DNA of 64,000 bases from Octopus vulgaris. Lineage: Eukaryota. The DNA lies in the NCBI GenBank assembly GCA_951406725.2, contig OX597833.1:71610001-71674000 (forward strand). The letters are read 5' to 3'. Below, piece by piece: positions 1 to 13,990 of the stretch (the first letter of the stretch is position 1; every line of letters begins with the position of its first letter). The notes under the pieces were generated by a model, which had not been told where the DNA came from, searched no databases, and worked only from the letters and a program-made list of their open reading frames with translations. Both the position numbers and the translations under genes were made by a program.

Positions 1-658
1 CCACTCCCGAACTATATGACCGCTATATTGATGACTGTATCAGTGTGACTTCACTCTCCCGCGAACATCTAGACTCCTTTCTCTCTTTTTGTCAAATCTT
101 TCAATCCTGCCCTCCACTTCTCCTGCGCTATCTCTGACACCTCTATCTCCTTTCTTGACATTTTGGTCAGCATTCACCACTCCACTTTCACCACCTCCAT
201 CCACTACAAACACACGTACCTCAACTTCTCTTCCTCCCACCCTAAATACACAAAGCTTTCCATCCCCTATTCCCAATTCCTCCGTCTCTGCAGGCTCTGT
301 AGTGACGACCTTGACTTTTAGACTCAGTCTCAACTCATAGCTCACCACTTCATCCTACGTGGATATCTTCTTACCACTATCCACACCACCCTTGCCAGAG
401 CACATTCCGTGGACCGTGCATCTGCTCTCTCCCCCCACACCTGTCCCGCACTCTCCTGCCTCCCATTTCCCCTCACCTACCACCCCACCACCCTGCCCCT
501 CCAACGCACCGTTCTCCAAGCCTTCCGGCAACTCCAGTCTGACCCCTCCACTTCTCACATCTTCTGTAACCAATCCCTCCCCTCCTTCAAACGAGCCCAT
601 AACCTACGAGACCTCTCGGTCCACAGCTTCTTCCCTAACCCAACCTCCCAACCCGGCA
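1..658 (+). mobile_element. Penelope-like element (PLE) reverse transcriptase C-terminal remnant, with frameshifts/stops; runs off the window start
   Basis: Translation gives RYIDDC (21-38, RT catalytic YxDD), then FLDI..HYK..YLNFSSSHPKYTKLSIPYSQFLRLCRLCS..F..RGY and PLTYHP..SFKRAHNLRDLSVHS, the typical PLE RT thumb/linker sequence. Confidence 0.85.
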
Positions 659-1167
659 TGATGATGATGATGATGCTGTTTATGAAAACAGGGCAGATTG
701 GATCATTGACAATTCATTGTTAGAAGCGGATGGCGTTTAATGGGTTTAAGCCTTTCAGGACCATATTTCTAATGGAATATTTTGCTTTTTAATTCTAATT
801 CTGAAAATAAGAATTTGGAAGGATTTAATAAAATAAATGTTACCCTTTATTAACTTGGTTTTTGGAACAACTTTAACATAAGGATCTCATGTATTATGGT
901 GACGGAAGATTTTCACTTGAACAGAAACAGTTGGTGCCAACAAAACGTTTAGTACTTTCTGTAAAATGGTTGGTGTAAGGGAAGGAAGGCATGAAATTCT
1001 AGAAACTACACCAAAGCAGACATTGGAGCAGAGTTGCAGTCTTTAGACCTGTTGGATCCTGTCCAGCCTCCGAATTCTGCCAGAGTGGAAGATGGACGCT
1101 TCAAAGATGATGAACAGAAAAGCACAATTTTTGTGTCTGGAAGCCATAGAAGGTGGTCCTTCTTTGA

Positions 1168-1555
1168 TACTCTTTTACTTGTTTCAGTCATTTGACTGCG
1201 GCCATGCTGGAGCACCACCTTTAATCGAGCAACTCGACCCCGGGACTTATTCTTTTGTAAGCCCAGTACTTATTCTATCGGTCTCTTTTGCCGAACCGCT
1301 AAGTGATGGGGACATAAACACACCAGCATTGGTTGTCAAGCAATGCTAGGGGGACAAACACAGACACACAAACACACACATGCACATACATATATACAAC
1401 GGGCTTCTTTCAGTTTCCGTCTACCAAATCCACTCACAAGGCTTTGGTCGGCCTGAGGCTATAGTAGAAGACACTTGCCCAAGGTGCCACGCAGTGGAAC
1501 TGAACCCGAAAACATGCGGTTGGTAGACAAGCTACTTACCACACAGCCACTCCTG
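1168..1555 (-). mobile_element. tRNA-derived SINE, family 1 (about 400 bp, internal TA/TG microsatellite)
   Basis: Near-identical to copies at 26537, 29105, 32345, 54249, 56335 and 57195. On the minus strand it has a head CAGGAGTGGCTGTGTGGTAAG..GGTTCAGTTCC (A/B-box-like) and a tail CCAGCATGGCCGCAGTCAAATGACTGAAACAAGTAAAAGAGTA. Confidence 0.9.
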
Positions 1556-4089
1556 ATGAAGATATTTTTTGTCATTTTCCTTTATTTTTTTTTTTTTAAT
1601 TTGATACTGCTGTCAATCAGTTTGAATGTAAATGATATGGAACTGTTGTTTATCAGGTGGTGGTGGTGGTGGTGGTGGTGTTGCCCTTTGACCCAACAAC
1701 ACGTGTGTTTAGGGTGTGTCATCACCAACCTGATACAAGGTGTGGAGGAATAATTTCCCTGTTCACATGGAACCAAATACTATCTGTGTAATATGAAACA
1801 TAGAAGATGGTTCTTCACCTGCCCTTCCCCCCCCCTCCACCGAACATGAACAGAATGCCGAGGTAAATTTATCCCGTTCTCACTGACTCTTGATATTTTG
1901 CTCTGGTAACTAAATAAATCTTACTTTTTTTTCTTCTTTTTTGTATTTTTCTTCTTTGCAAGGATACACCACACTCTTTCCTCTCCGCCCCCCTTTACCC
2001 ATCGTGTGTAACCTTTAAGTTTGGTTCGTTATTTTCTGCTTCCTCGTTAGTCTCGCTAGGATTTTAGGCATTAAGTTCACCTCCATTTTAGAGTTAAGTT
2101 TGGAGTAAAGTAAAGAAAATGTGCTGATCTCTGATAAAAATACACACTACACAGATTCCTGCTGGTCCTTGCCAATTGGATTGGGGGGGTGCAACACTGG
2201 TGAGGTTTTGCTGTATTCTTGAGATTGGTTGGGAGCAGAGGAAGAAGACATTAAGACTCTTGGGATCAATGCTAATCAATTCTTCAAACCCTGTTAAAGG
2301 TCCAGTTGGAAGGGAGTGGGTGACGGTGAAACTGTCAGCAAGTAGGATAAATACAAAGAATGCTATTTATGGGGACAGCTTGCCTCCCTGCTCCTGTAAG
2401 GGAGTCCCTTCTACCTTTGCCAACAATAGGTGGAGTGGAAAGCTGCTTGTCTAAACATGGGGTTCTTCTCAAACTAGAAATCTTGGTCCAAATACATTGA
2501 ACAAATTGGCCCCCGCTTAGCATAATTAATTATTGAGTTGATGGTTAAACTAGCTCACATTAGCATGAAATTTTGACGGGTTCTAATTTACATGACTTTA
2601 TGACAGGAAATTTGTATCGTAGATATGGGTTGGCATCAAAAGAATTAAAATATTAGTCCTTGAGCAATGTTTTCTTCTCCCCCACCACACGTAAGGATTA
2701 TTAATTAGACCTTTCCCCTCCCCCACTACATTATGTGTAATGGCTTTGACTTGTGTGGATGGAGTGTCTGATAATTTTTGAGACCTAAATATGTTATCAT
2801 ACATCTAAATAATTCTCTCTCGTGAATCTGACAAGTAGAGAAGTCTATTCCACTGAAGAGGTATAATAAGACTGAAATGTTCAGAGTTGTTGCCCTTATG
2901 TGCCAAAATCAGATTTAAATATTCATTTTACTGATTTTTTTTTCCTTGTAAGTATTATTAATTAAATTAGTGAGATATAGCTCATTATCATAGCAAGGCT
3001 TTGAAATAAGTTTATTTCAATATTTCACATTTACACTGTGTTGTACTTGAAATGTATATTATTTAACAGCAAGCTTTCTAAAGCACAAATATGCAAATTA
3101 GGACATCCACTACAGTGATAGCTTTATTGCTGACTGCTTTATATATTAGCTGAATGCTCTGTTCTGTTAACTGGTGATAGATACATCTTCAGTGTGGAAC
3201 AATAAGCAAATTGCGAAAAGTCTACCCCGCCTCTTTTTTCCCAACACAGAAGGAATGTTTACATTTTTATGCAGTTTATTATTTTAGCTAAAGCTTTTCT
3301 AGTATTAAAATATTCAAATTATTTTCCTATCTTAATTATGATGACCTCCTAAATTAACTGTATTTAATCTCATGCCCCGCTGTTTCTACAAACTCAACTG
3401 ACCTACATTTGGTTCAGTGAAGAAATGGCTAAATGGATTAATAAATTTTATTTCCAGCTGATAGTTTTGCTGTTTAGATCCACAGCAGGTGTTCTGTTGA
3501 GTATTTGGGTAGCAAGGTTTAATTTTAGTGAAATTAGTGCCATCATGCTATGAGGTGGTGGCAGACGGTAAAGGAAGACACATTTTTCTTCTATCTTGGT
3601 TTTCATTGCAATGTTGGGTTGTTTTTCTTTAAAGTTTTTCAGTGAATATATTAAATGAACCAAAAGCTCGTTATGGTATTTAAAGAGTTTAAAAAGAGGC
3701 AGGGGAGGGGGTTTTGTTTTGCTTTTTTGTTTGTATGTGTGTGTTAAGCTACGAGTGGTTTGGGTTCGGGGTTTTCTGCGGTTATTTAAAATAGTTTGTG
3801 ACCTGAATAACGTCTGTCATCGAGGTTTGTTGTTGGTCTTCTGTGGTTGAGTGTGAAGGTGTGTGTGTTTGTTTTTGTTGTTATATGATGGCATGTGTGG
3901 GTATATGGATATCTGTATGTGTTTATGCACACACACACACACACGTGCCACGCACCAACTGGTATGGTTGACACCTTGGGCAAATGTCTGCTGCTTTAGA
4001 CTTCAGTACACCTATAACCGTGTGAATGGAATTTGATAGATGCAGACCATGCAGACACTTGTGCATGTGAAATTATATATATATATATA

Positions 4090-4252
4090 GGCATAGGAGT
4101 AGCTTGCTTATGAACCACATGGTTCTGGGTTCAGTCTCACTGCGTGGCACCTTGGGCAAGTGTTTTCTATATAGCCTCGGGCCAACCAAAGCCTTGTGAG
4201 TGGATTTGGTAGACGAAAACTGAAAGAAGCTCGTCATATATATGTATGTATG

Positions 4253-4283
<31 letters not shown>

Positions 4284-4496
4284 ATGTTTGTGTGTCTGTG
4301 TTTGTCCCCACCCCCACAACATCGCTTGACAACCGATGCTGGTGTGTTTACGTTCCCGTAACTTAGCGGTTTGGCAAAAGAGACTGATAGAATAAGTACT
4401 AGGCTTACAAAGAATAAGTCCTGGGGTCGATTTGCTCAACTAAAGGCAGTGCTCCAGCATGGCCACAGTCAATTGACTGAAACAAGTAAAAGAATA
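4090..4496 (+). mobile_element. SINE family 1
   Basis: Same head, body and tail as other family 1 copies. Confidence 0.88.
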
Positions 4497-4510
4497 TATA
4501 TATATATATA

Positions 4511-4716
4511 TTTTCGTGATCACATAACCCCTAACATTTGGCTTTCTAATTCCCCAGATCCCAATTCATTGGACTATTTACATGCAGAGTGTTGTCGAGA
4601 ATGTTGAATAACATTAAAGAAAAGGTTTATTTTTTATCTTCACAGCATTTTTTGATAAAGTTATGTTTGTCTTTTATAATCATAAATCTGTCCTCAAATA
4701 AGTTACACACCCTGTA
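4511..4716 (+). mobile_element. Tc1/mariner-superfamily transposon 3' remnant
   Basis: Translates to FRDHITPNIWLSNSPDPNSLDY, a decayed WPPNSPDxNPLDY motif. Ends in ACACACCCTG-TA, the reverse complement of a TA-CAGGGTG TIR start. Confidence 0.7.
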
Positions 4717-5080
4717 GTTGTGTGTATGTGTGTGTATTGACCAAATGGTTATAGGCCTTGAGCAAAATAGCATAGCTTGGATGCTTGAACAGGATTCAGT
4801 GTCAGAAGTCTAAGTCTTGCTCCAATGTTTGTTTTTTTTTGCCATGGGTTTTATAGCTGGATAACCTTTCTAACATTAACCACTCAACAGAGTGAACTGG
4901 ATGCTTTTTTTTTTTGTTTCATGGCACAAACACCATAGAGGTTGCCTGGCCATCAGCAAGGCCAAAGACTCGTCTCAGGTCTTGTGTTGTTGATATTCAC
5001 ATTGATTACCAATCATTTAGTGTGTAAGGTGCTTTTTTGCGAAGCCAGCATTGTTGAGGCCACCTTGCAGCTTGTGCCTT

Positions 5081-5115
<35 letters not shown>

Positions 5116-5967
5116 ATAGACAGTCCATTAGGAACCATCATAGATTGTAAAACTTGGTATTTGGTAAGGTGTTTGATTGTTTAGCTGTGAGAGAGGATGC
5201 TTTGTGTGAAACTATTCATTCATAAAGTGTCGGCCAATTTAGCTGTGAAGGAAGAAATCAATATCTTCTCAAATCAATCAGATTAACCTTCCTTTGTGGA
5301 TAAATATTTAGAAATGTTTAACAATTGACTTGATCATGTTTCCATGAGATAAATGATCTTCTTATTTAACCCCTGGCCTCTCTTGATTGAGCAGACATGA
5401 TCAAAGCTGTTCCAGCATTGACCATATCATCTTCATTTCCTTTTCCTAGCCATAATATATCTAAAATTCCATTATCAGTGTGTCAGTGTGTCCGTTTTTG
5501 TTTGAGACTGTTTGGCATCTTGGTCAAGTGTCTTCTGCTGGGTCGACCAATGTCTTGAGACTGAAAGAAGCCCCTTGTGTATGGACGTGTGTGATCATCA
5601 TTTAATATCCGTGTTCCAGGTTTTGTCAGGATCCCTCAGCCACAAACACTGCATTGTGCTCCAGTGTCTGCTTTGGCATGGTTTCTACGGCTGGATGCCC
5701 TTCCTAATGCCAACCACTCTACAGCATGGACCGGTGGGGTGCTTTTACTGTGCCACCAGCACACTAGTGAGGTTGCTATGCAGCTTGCAATCCTACAAAC
5801 CCTGAAAGAGATGGCCTTGTGCTAGCCGAGGAGTTAGAATTGGAGAGAAGTGGGTTGAACTGGTTTCTCATTCTACAGAAGCTGCATGGTTCTTCACATT
5901 TACAAGAAAGGGTGAGAATGACCAGGTGGAGCTGCAAAGGGGTAGTTAGACATTAGAATGAGCATCA

Positions 5968-6375
5968 TTAGACTGTGGCTGGGGCACTATCTTGAAAGTG
6001 TTTTACTCAAATTGACCCCAGGACTTTGTTTTTTTTTTTTCTTAAGCCTGATACTTATTTTCTTGATCTCTTTTGTTGAACCTCTAAGTTACAGGGACAT
6101 AAATGCACCAACACTGGTTGCCAAGTGGTGGTGAGACACAAACACAAATAAATGCGTGCGTATGTACATATATATAAAATATGTATATATGTGTATGTAT
6201 GTGTGTGTATGTATATATAGCAGGCTTCTTTCAGTTTCCATCTATCAAATCCACTCAAAAAGCTTTGGCTGGTTTGGGGTCAGAGCAGAAGGCACTTGCC
6301 CAAGGTGCTGTGCTGTGAGACTGAACCTGGAACTGTGTGGTTGAGAAGCAAGCTTCTTACCACAGAGCCACACCG
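5968..6375 (-). mobile_element. SINE family 1, older diverged copy
   Basis: Recognisable GGCTTCTTTCAGTTTCC..CAAATCCACTCA..ACTTGCCCAAGGTGC segments. Confidence 0.75.
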
Positions 6376-6646
6376 GTGTCTATGTGAAATTAAATAGAAA
6401 AAAAAAAACACAACCAAAAAAAAACAAAAATATACAGCAATATTTAAATGAAGTTTTCTGGTTTTTGTTGAAACCAATCCCTGGCCATGTTTAATGGAGA
6501 GAATTGTAAAACGAAGCAAAGAAACAAACCAGGGAATGACCTGACATCGTTAATTTATTAAAACTAAAGTTAAATGGGGTTTTTTTATTGTTTTTGTAAT
6601 TATGTAAATTAAAACTTAATCTAAGAACTGCAAATACACAATGTGA

Positions 6647-6680
<34 letters not shown>

Positions 6681-7311
6681 GGTGGTGGTGTGTGTGTGCT
6701 TGCCTTTATATATCAGTGTATATGTGTATATGTGTGTTTGTGTGTTGTTGTTTAACCCCTGGTCAACCCTAGTGGAGTAGAACTATGATCAAAAGCATTC
6801 CAGGCATGGCTATCCTGTCTCTCTTGTGCTGCACATCTATGACTACTGTTTCAATGCAACCTTCTCTTTGCAAGATAATAAAACTGTAATTTCAGGCAGA
6901 TTTGGCTGATATTTCTAGTGGGTCACTTAGCCATGTAGGGGCTCTTTGTGTGTGTGTGTTGTTGTGTGTTGTAGGTTGGTGAAGGAACCTAATTAATTCG
7001 GTATTTTAGTCTGTCAAAAAAAAAAAGAAAAAAAAAGGAATTTATAAATTCTGGAGACAAAATCTAATTCTTGTCTTATAAGGAAAAAGACCAGCAGAGT
7101 CTTGTAGTTGGATGTTGGAAGAGGATCTTCTGCCGTTTATAAATTGGTTGAAATACTATTGCCAAGTTTAGTGTTTTGCCCTCAGTGGAGAACTTTCTAT
7201 TTTACAAATGTTTTGTTTTATCTTGTTTCCTATTTAAATGGTCTTTTATTTTCTGAATCTTTTTACATTAAAAAAAAAGAATTTTTGAAAAGTGCAATTT
7301 AAACAGGCAAT

Positions 7312-7650
<339 letters not shown>

Positions 7651-8296
7651 AAAATTACCATCACCACCAAAGTGACAGAAACAAAAGGATATGACCAACA
7701 ATTCATGTGAATATTTTCTAATGGCCTTTTTTTTTTTAATTCAAATCTTTCTTTGTGGATTTTGCTAAGTTCTATGTTAAATTCATTCTCTTTGTTATGC
7801 ACTTAATGTATGTATGTGTGCGCATATATGTGTGTGTGTGTACACATGTGTGCCTGTGTATTGTGTGTGTATATATTTATGTATATTTCTGTTTGAGTAT
7901 ATTGGAATACGTACACATGTTCCATCATTTTAGATTCTCTTCTCCGTTCTGGCATGAGTGAAAGAAAAAAAAAAAAGAAAAAATAATGGTTCTGAAGTGG
8001 CAATGCAAAAAGAAAAAAAATGTAGAAGGGATTCTTCAGTTTTGCCATAGAAAATCTCTCAAGCGTTGATGGCACAATAGAATGGTTGGCGGTGGAGTGG
8101 CATCCATGCCACAAAAACTTGATTTAAAAGTCACAGAGTTGGCTGGTTTTCCTTGTGTGTGTGCGTGCACCAGATGATGAAGGACCACCGAAAGATGACA
8201 CTATCCAACTTGCTTGTGCATTGTCAGTCCTGCTTGCTGACATTACACGTCCAGGAATTGAACCAGTGTGATGACCCATTTGATTTTCCAGTAACT

Positions 8297-8517
8297 TATT
8301 TCTTTACTACCCACAAGGGGCTAAACACAGAAGGGACAAACAAGGACAGACATACGGATTAAGTCGATGACATCGACCCCAGTGCGTAACTGGTACGACC
8401 CCGAAAGGATGAAAGGCAAAGTTGACCTCGGCGGAATTTGAATTCACAACATAACGGCAGACGAAATACGGCTACGTATTTCGCCCGGCGTGCTAACATT
8501 TCTGCCAGCTCGCCGCC
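8297..8517 (-). mobile_element. tRNA-derived SINE, family 2, with 17-bp TSD
   Basis: Minus-strand head GGCGGCGAGCTGGCAGAA..GTTAGCA..GAATTCAAATTCC and central GCCTTTCATCCTTTCGGGGTCG. Flanked by direct repeat TTGATTTTCCAGTAACT at 8280-8296 and 8518-8534. Confidence 0.9.
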
Positions 8518-10765
8518 TTGATTTTCCAGTAACTGACCACTACTCCACATCATCCGCATGGCTGCTCTCCACAATGGAATATCTTTGAATTGTGTGGGGA
8601 AAGGTCAACTTAATGAGTCATTGAGACATTTTAGCTGACTGATTTGTTTTGCTGTGTGTTGGATGCAGGCATGGTCAAGTGGTCAAACAACAATCACAAG
8701 GATCCAGGTTCCATCCTGTCATGTGCTATATTGCCCAAGGGTCTGTCTCCTTGGGTTGCTCCAAGTCTTTTCTTTGATCCTGGGTCAAACAAAACTGGAT
8801 ATCTGTCTGCACCATCCGTTTCCCAAACTCCATTCACAAGGTACCATTGGTCAACCTGAAGCTCTGGTCCTTGCCCAAGGTTTTGCTCTTGGACTTCTTT
8901 ACAGAATTACATTATCCAATGTATGCCTCCATTTTAAAAACGACAATTCAAAGGGATATAGCTATCATTTCTAGCATGTTGAATAACCTGCCTTGTAGAA
9001 GTTAAGCTGGACTGTTGTTTAACCTTTTGTCAGTCTTGATTGAACAGATCTGTGTATGACTAAAGCTATTCCACCTTGACCATTCAACCTTTTTGTACTT
9101 AGAGGATTAAATTGTCCATTACGGTCTCCCCTTTTTTTTTTTTTTTTTTTTATGAGGTTGTTTGTGATTTGAAAAATTTAGTTGCTATTTCTAGCAGCTT
9201 GAGTAACTTCATAGCAGTTCCTTCATTGGTTGGTGTAGGTTGAATTTGTAAGTGAGAAAAAAAATGTGAGGTGGGGTTCATTGTGATGGAGTGTATATTT
9301 AATTAGTCCAATGTTAACAATTTGCTGAGCTCCGTAATGGTTTGTTTTATTTACTAAATAAACACAAGTGCGTTTATTCTGGAATATTTTGAGATCTGAG
9401 ACCATTTTCCATGGTTATTTCTATTTAATTTATTATTGTAATAGACTTAGGGGTCTCTTTGGGGCTGCCAAAAATTTATCTAAACGAGCCGAGGCTGAAA
9501 GCTAACTTCATTAAAAATAAATGTCAAAAAACTGTTCCATTGGTAAAAGGATGTAGATTCCAGAATGATCCATGCAGCGAATGGTATTTCATCTGTTCAG
9601 GAAGTCTTTCATCCAAGCTCCAGCAGTTATGGTTAGTTAATGATGATGAGGTCTAATAAGACAAAACATGTCTGAGTTGTCTTCCCTACTCTATGTAATT
9701 AAATCGTTTGACACTCAGTATATTAAATATGTTAATTAACATTGGTTTTTAGTTGTTTTTTTTTTATATGGATGGTGCCTCTTAGTAATTAATCTCTTTT
9801 TATGCCAATTTCTCTGCCTGCTTCTTATAGGCACACAGGTGTGGTTTTGGGGTTCAATAAGTTTGCTTCCCAATCACATGGTTTTAAGTTCAGCCCCATT
9901 GCATGGCATCTTGGGTGTCTTCTATAGCCCCAGGCCAATGAAAGCCTTGTGAGAGGATTTAGGAAACAGAAAGTGGGAAAAGCCTGTTGTGTGTGATCTT
10001 AGCATCCCTTTGTCTATACTAGCAGGGGTTGGATATTTCTATGGGCCAGAGGGTTCCAATGCCTGCTTTGCCATGGTTCCTACCACAGCTGGATGCCCTT
10101 CCTAATCAACCACTTTACTGTGTGTATTGAGTGCCTTTTTTTTTTTTTGGTACCAGTAAGATCACTTAGTACTCACAGGATGTATGTGTGCGAATGTAGT
10201 GTCTTATTTTGACATGTAAACAAGTGTTACCATCATAAAAGTGGGGGGTCTTCATTTTATCTTCAACGAAAGCATGTCTAGTCGTGGGGGAAATATTTCC
10301 TTACTTGGAAACAGGTGAGGTTTGATAAGAAGCACCTCCAGCCTCAATGAATTCCATCTAACCCATGCAAGCATGGAAAAGTGGATGTTAAGCTGATGAG
10401 GAGATGATTTGTGTATGATATTGTTGATCTAATTAGAGATTCTCTGGTCACCACTTCAGCAAATAGTCTATGCTTTGCTTAAAGAGGTTTTTAATAAGAC
10501 TGAAAGCCGTTCAGAATTGTCTCCCCCTGCTTGCTTAACTGATTAGAATAGTGTGCGTTATTGAAACAACTTTGTATTTTCTTCATCACGTAGATAGATA
10601 CTTTTAATTAATTATAACGTTAATTGTTAATTAACAAAACATCAAATATTGAGGGAAACATGCTTTTGGTTGTGCTTGTGTAGGTTTGTGGCGAACGTGC
10701 TCTCCTCTCCCATGAGTGGGAAGCCTTCATCAGATTACAAATAAGTTATCAGTAAAAAATAAAAT

Positions 10766-10813
10766 GTAGTAGTGGTGGTGGTAGTAGTGGTAGTAGTAGT
10801 AGTAGTAGTAGTG

Positions 10814-10869
<56 letters not shown>

Positions 10870-10893
10870 GGTGGTGGTGGTGGTGGTGGTAGT
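10766..10893. repeat. (GTA)n/(GTG)n microsatellite
   Basis: Direct inspection. Confidence 0.95.
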
Positions 10894-11519
10894 ATTTCTG
10901 ACTAATGGAATCGTTTATGCTGTAAACTTTTTCTTAGTTGTTCTGTGATGGCTTCTTGAGAAATTTGCAAAGACTACCATTATCACATTGAGGACGACCC
11001 TTGATATCATCATGAACAGCATCATCATCACCATCACCAACACCACCAGTCACCTCCTCATCATCTTTCATAACTTAACACTTGTAATGATAGCCTTTTG
11101 GAAATTTAAAAAAAAAAAATTCCTTTTAAATAAGAATTGTCAGGTCAGAGACTGAAGTGAATTTTCTCAAACTGGATCAAAGGAGACACTTGATTTCACA
11201 CCAAAATAAATTTTCTTTTTAATGTATATATTAAAGGGGTGGGGGGAGTGTAAATTAACGATTCTTTGGTTTAATTACTTCAGTATGATTTTAATACTGG
11301 TCATGTTGTATTATATATAGCAACGTGAAGGGAAGGAATGGCATGAAGATGGTGTGGGGGGTGGGTGTCTGTCTATCTACAAGCATGTGTGTGGGGCTTT
11401 GTATATGCATGTGTGTGAAAGTCTGTGTGTGTAGATATGTATGTGTGTGTAGTCTGTGTGTGTAGATATGTATGTGTGTGTAGTCTGTGTGTGTAGATAT
11501 GTATGTGTGTTTGTATGTG

Positions 11520-11758
11520 TGTGTGTATATATGTGTGTATATATTGAGAGAGGGTGTGTGTATGTATATATATATATATATGAGAGAGGGTGTGTGTATG
11601 TATATATATATAGTATGTGTGTGTATATATGTGTGTATATATTGAGAGAGGGTGTGTGTATGTATATATATATATATATATGAGAGAGGGTGTGTGTATG
11701 TATATATATATAGTATGTGTGTGTATATATGTGTGTATATATTGAGAGAGGGTGTGTG

Positions 11759-11802
<44 letters not shown>

Positions 11803-11825
11803 GGTGTGTGTGTATATATTGTGTG
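11520..11825. repeat. Higher-order minisatellite (about 110-bp unit) built from GA/GT/TA microsatellites
   Basis: ATTGAGAGAGGGTGTGTGTATG(TA)n-TGAGAGAGGGTGTGTG unit starts at about 11543, 11641 and 11741. Confidence 0.85.
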
Positions 11826-12306
11826 TGTATCACTAATTCAAGATTTAAATCTTTCATGTAGAAATGAGAATTTTCAAGCGAAATGAAAAACCAAAAAGAT
11901 TAATATTATAATTGAAAAATATTGTTTTATTTTTTTCCCTCTGCCATTGTTTCCTTGTTAGTGTCAGAGAGATTTAGAAAGAAAACAAAACAAAAATTTA
12001 AAAAAACAAATATGATAAATCATCTTTTAATTTGGAATTGATGCAAGAATTTCTTTTAAAATTTCTGCTTAAAATGATGCTAATTCTTTCAACATGTTTT
12101 ACGAAATTTTCTTGTTTTTTTGAAATATCAACAGTTATGATATTTAAATAAATGATATTTTCTTTATTTTGCCACAAGAACAACACTTAAGCAAACATTA
12201 CAATACACAGTCATAAAAATGCATCTTTTGGGATGTGTGTGTTTGTCTCTGTCTTCTCTGTCTGTCTCTTTCTCTCTCTCTCTCTCTCTCTCTGTGATAT
12301 ATATTT

Positions 12307-12350
<44 letters not shown>

Positions 12351-12899
12351 AAGAAACAACTGATTGTTTAACCAGCACATTAAACAATCAATTAGTTGGT
12401 TAGAAATATACCATTTGAAGTGATAGTGAACCAGTGTGTGCGCTGGGGTAATGACCCTCCCAAGACATAAGATAGATATATGTGTGTGTATGCATGTATG
12501 TATATAATGCAGGTTAGCCACTATGTATCACCTTATAACAAGACACCTGTGCTTGTTCCTTCAGCCTCTCAACTCCTGGCATAAAGCTCCTGCCCCACCC
12601 TCAAATACTCCAACCCCATTAAAACAAGGTGGGGCTTTTTCTTTCCCTGTCCTGCAAGTTATTTGGCAGCTTCACTGGTGTTGATGGTATGTAAAAGGCA
12701 CCCAGTACACTTTGTAAAATGGTTGGCATTGGGGAAAGGCATCCAGCTGTAAAAGCCATGCTGAAACAGCCATTTGAGCTTGCCAGCTCTTGCCGAACTG
12801 TCCAACCCAGGCCAGCATGGTCACGATAAGCTTCTTAGCTTTCCAATGATGCCCCCCCCCCCATCTGGTTAGGTGGGCAGGTCAAATGTTCCCCCTGAT

Positions 12900-13070
12900 C
12901 AGAAGTCCAGTTTGGTGCAGGGCTGTGTCATCCGTTTGCAGCTGAGTGAACTGAAAGAACTTGAAATGAAGTGTTTCACTCAAGAACATAATGTACCACC
13001 CTGTTCAGGAATTGAACCCATGAGCTAGCAGTCGTGAGTGCAATATCCTAACCACTAGGCCACACACCCT
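12900..13070 (-). mobile_element. tRNA-derived SINE, family 4, 5' part (diverged)
   Basis: Minus strand reads TGGCCTAGTGGTTAGGAT..GGTTCAATTCC..GTTCTTGAG..CAGTTCACTCAGCTG, matching 45193-45330. Confidence 0.7.
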
Positions 13071-13579
13071 CACACTCCGTTTCAATAGAAATAGAGGAAC
13101 AAAGCAGTAAAAGGTTTGCTAGGCAATTGTGCAGCATGGCTGTTGCAAGAAATAGATGCCAAATCTTTTTGAAAATGAAATGTGGTTGGACACTGAATAA
13201 CCTGTTCTTAGACTGTTTAAAATAGACGGGATGTTCATGGTTGGAAGGTTTTTCATAACAGGCCTGATCAACCAAGGCTGTCCTAGGGCCAAACAACAAC
13301 AACCACCACCATAAACAATTGATTCTTTCATAGGTTCGATGGCCATAATCAATATTTCAGAATTAGGAATTTATGAGATCCATAAACTATTGACCATTTC
13401 TCTTGGAGAAGAATGGTGCCTGTTCAACTGATTTGCTTGAGATACGCTGCATGAATATGCATTACGGAATCTATCGTAATTTATTGATTAATAAATAAAT
13501 GGCAACAATGATAACGATAATTACCATTAGGAGAATTTAAAAGTTCACTGTCCTGCAGAATGTTTAATTGGGGCTAATT

Positions 13580-13611
<32 letters not shown>

Positions 13612-13629
13612 TGGTTTTAATGTCTACTT

Positions 13630-13990
13630 TTTCAGTCTTTAGACTGTGGCCATGCTGGGGCACCACCCTGAAGAATCTTTTAGTCAAATGAATCTGTCTC
13701 AGTACTTTTTTAAGCCTTGTACTTATGCTGTCATTCCCTTCTGCTGAATTGCTAAGTTATGGGGATGTAAACAAACCAATACCTTTGTCAACCAGTAGTG
13801 GGACATGGACACACACACACACACACACACACAGGTTTCTTACAGTTTCCGTCTTCCAAATCCACTCACAAGGTATTGATCAACCCAAGGCTGATAGAAG
13901 GCACTTAACCGGGGTGCCATACAGGGGGGTTGAACCCAGGACCACGTGGTTGGGAAGGAAACCTCTTGTCACACAGCTATACCTGTACCT
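13630..13990 (-). mobile_element. SINE family 1, diverged copy
   Basis: TGTGGCCATGCTGGGGCACC..CAAATCCACTCACAAGG segments. Confidence 0.7.

Noticed and set aside
11291-11861. 188-aa Y/I/H/T-rich ORF and overlapping ORFs
   Set aside because: Translation of TA/CA microsatellites. The same applies to 42238-43077, 58795-59471 and 61390-61934.
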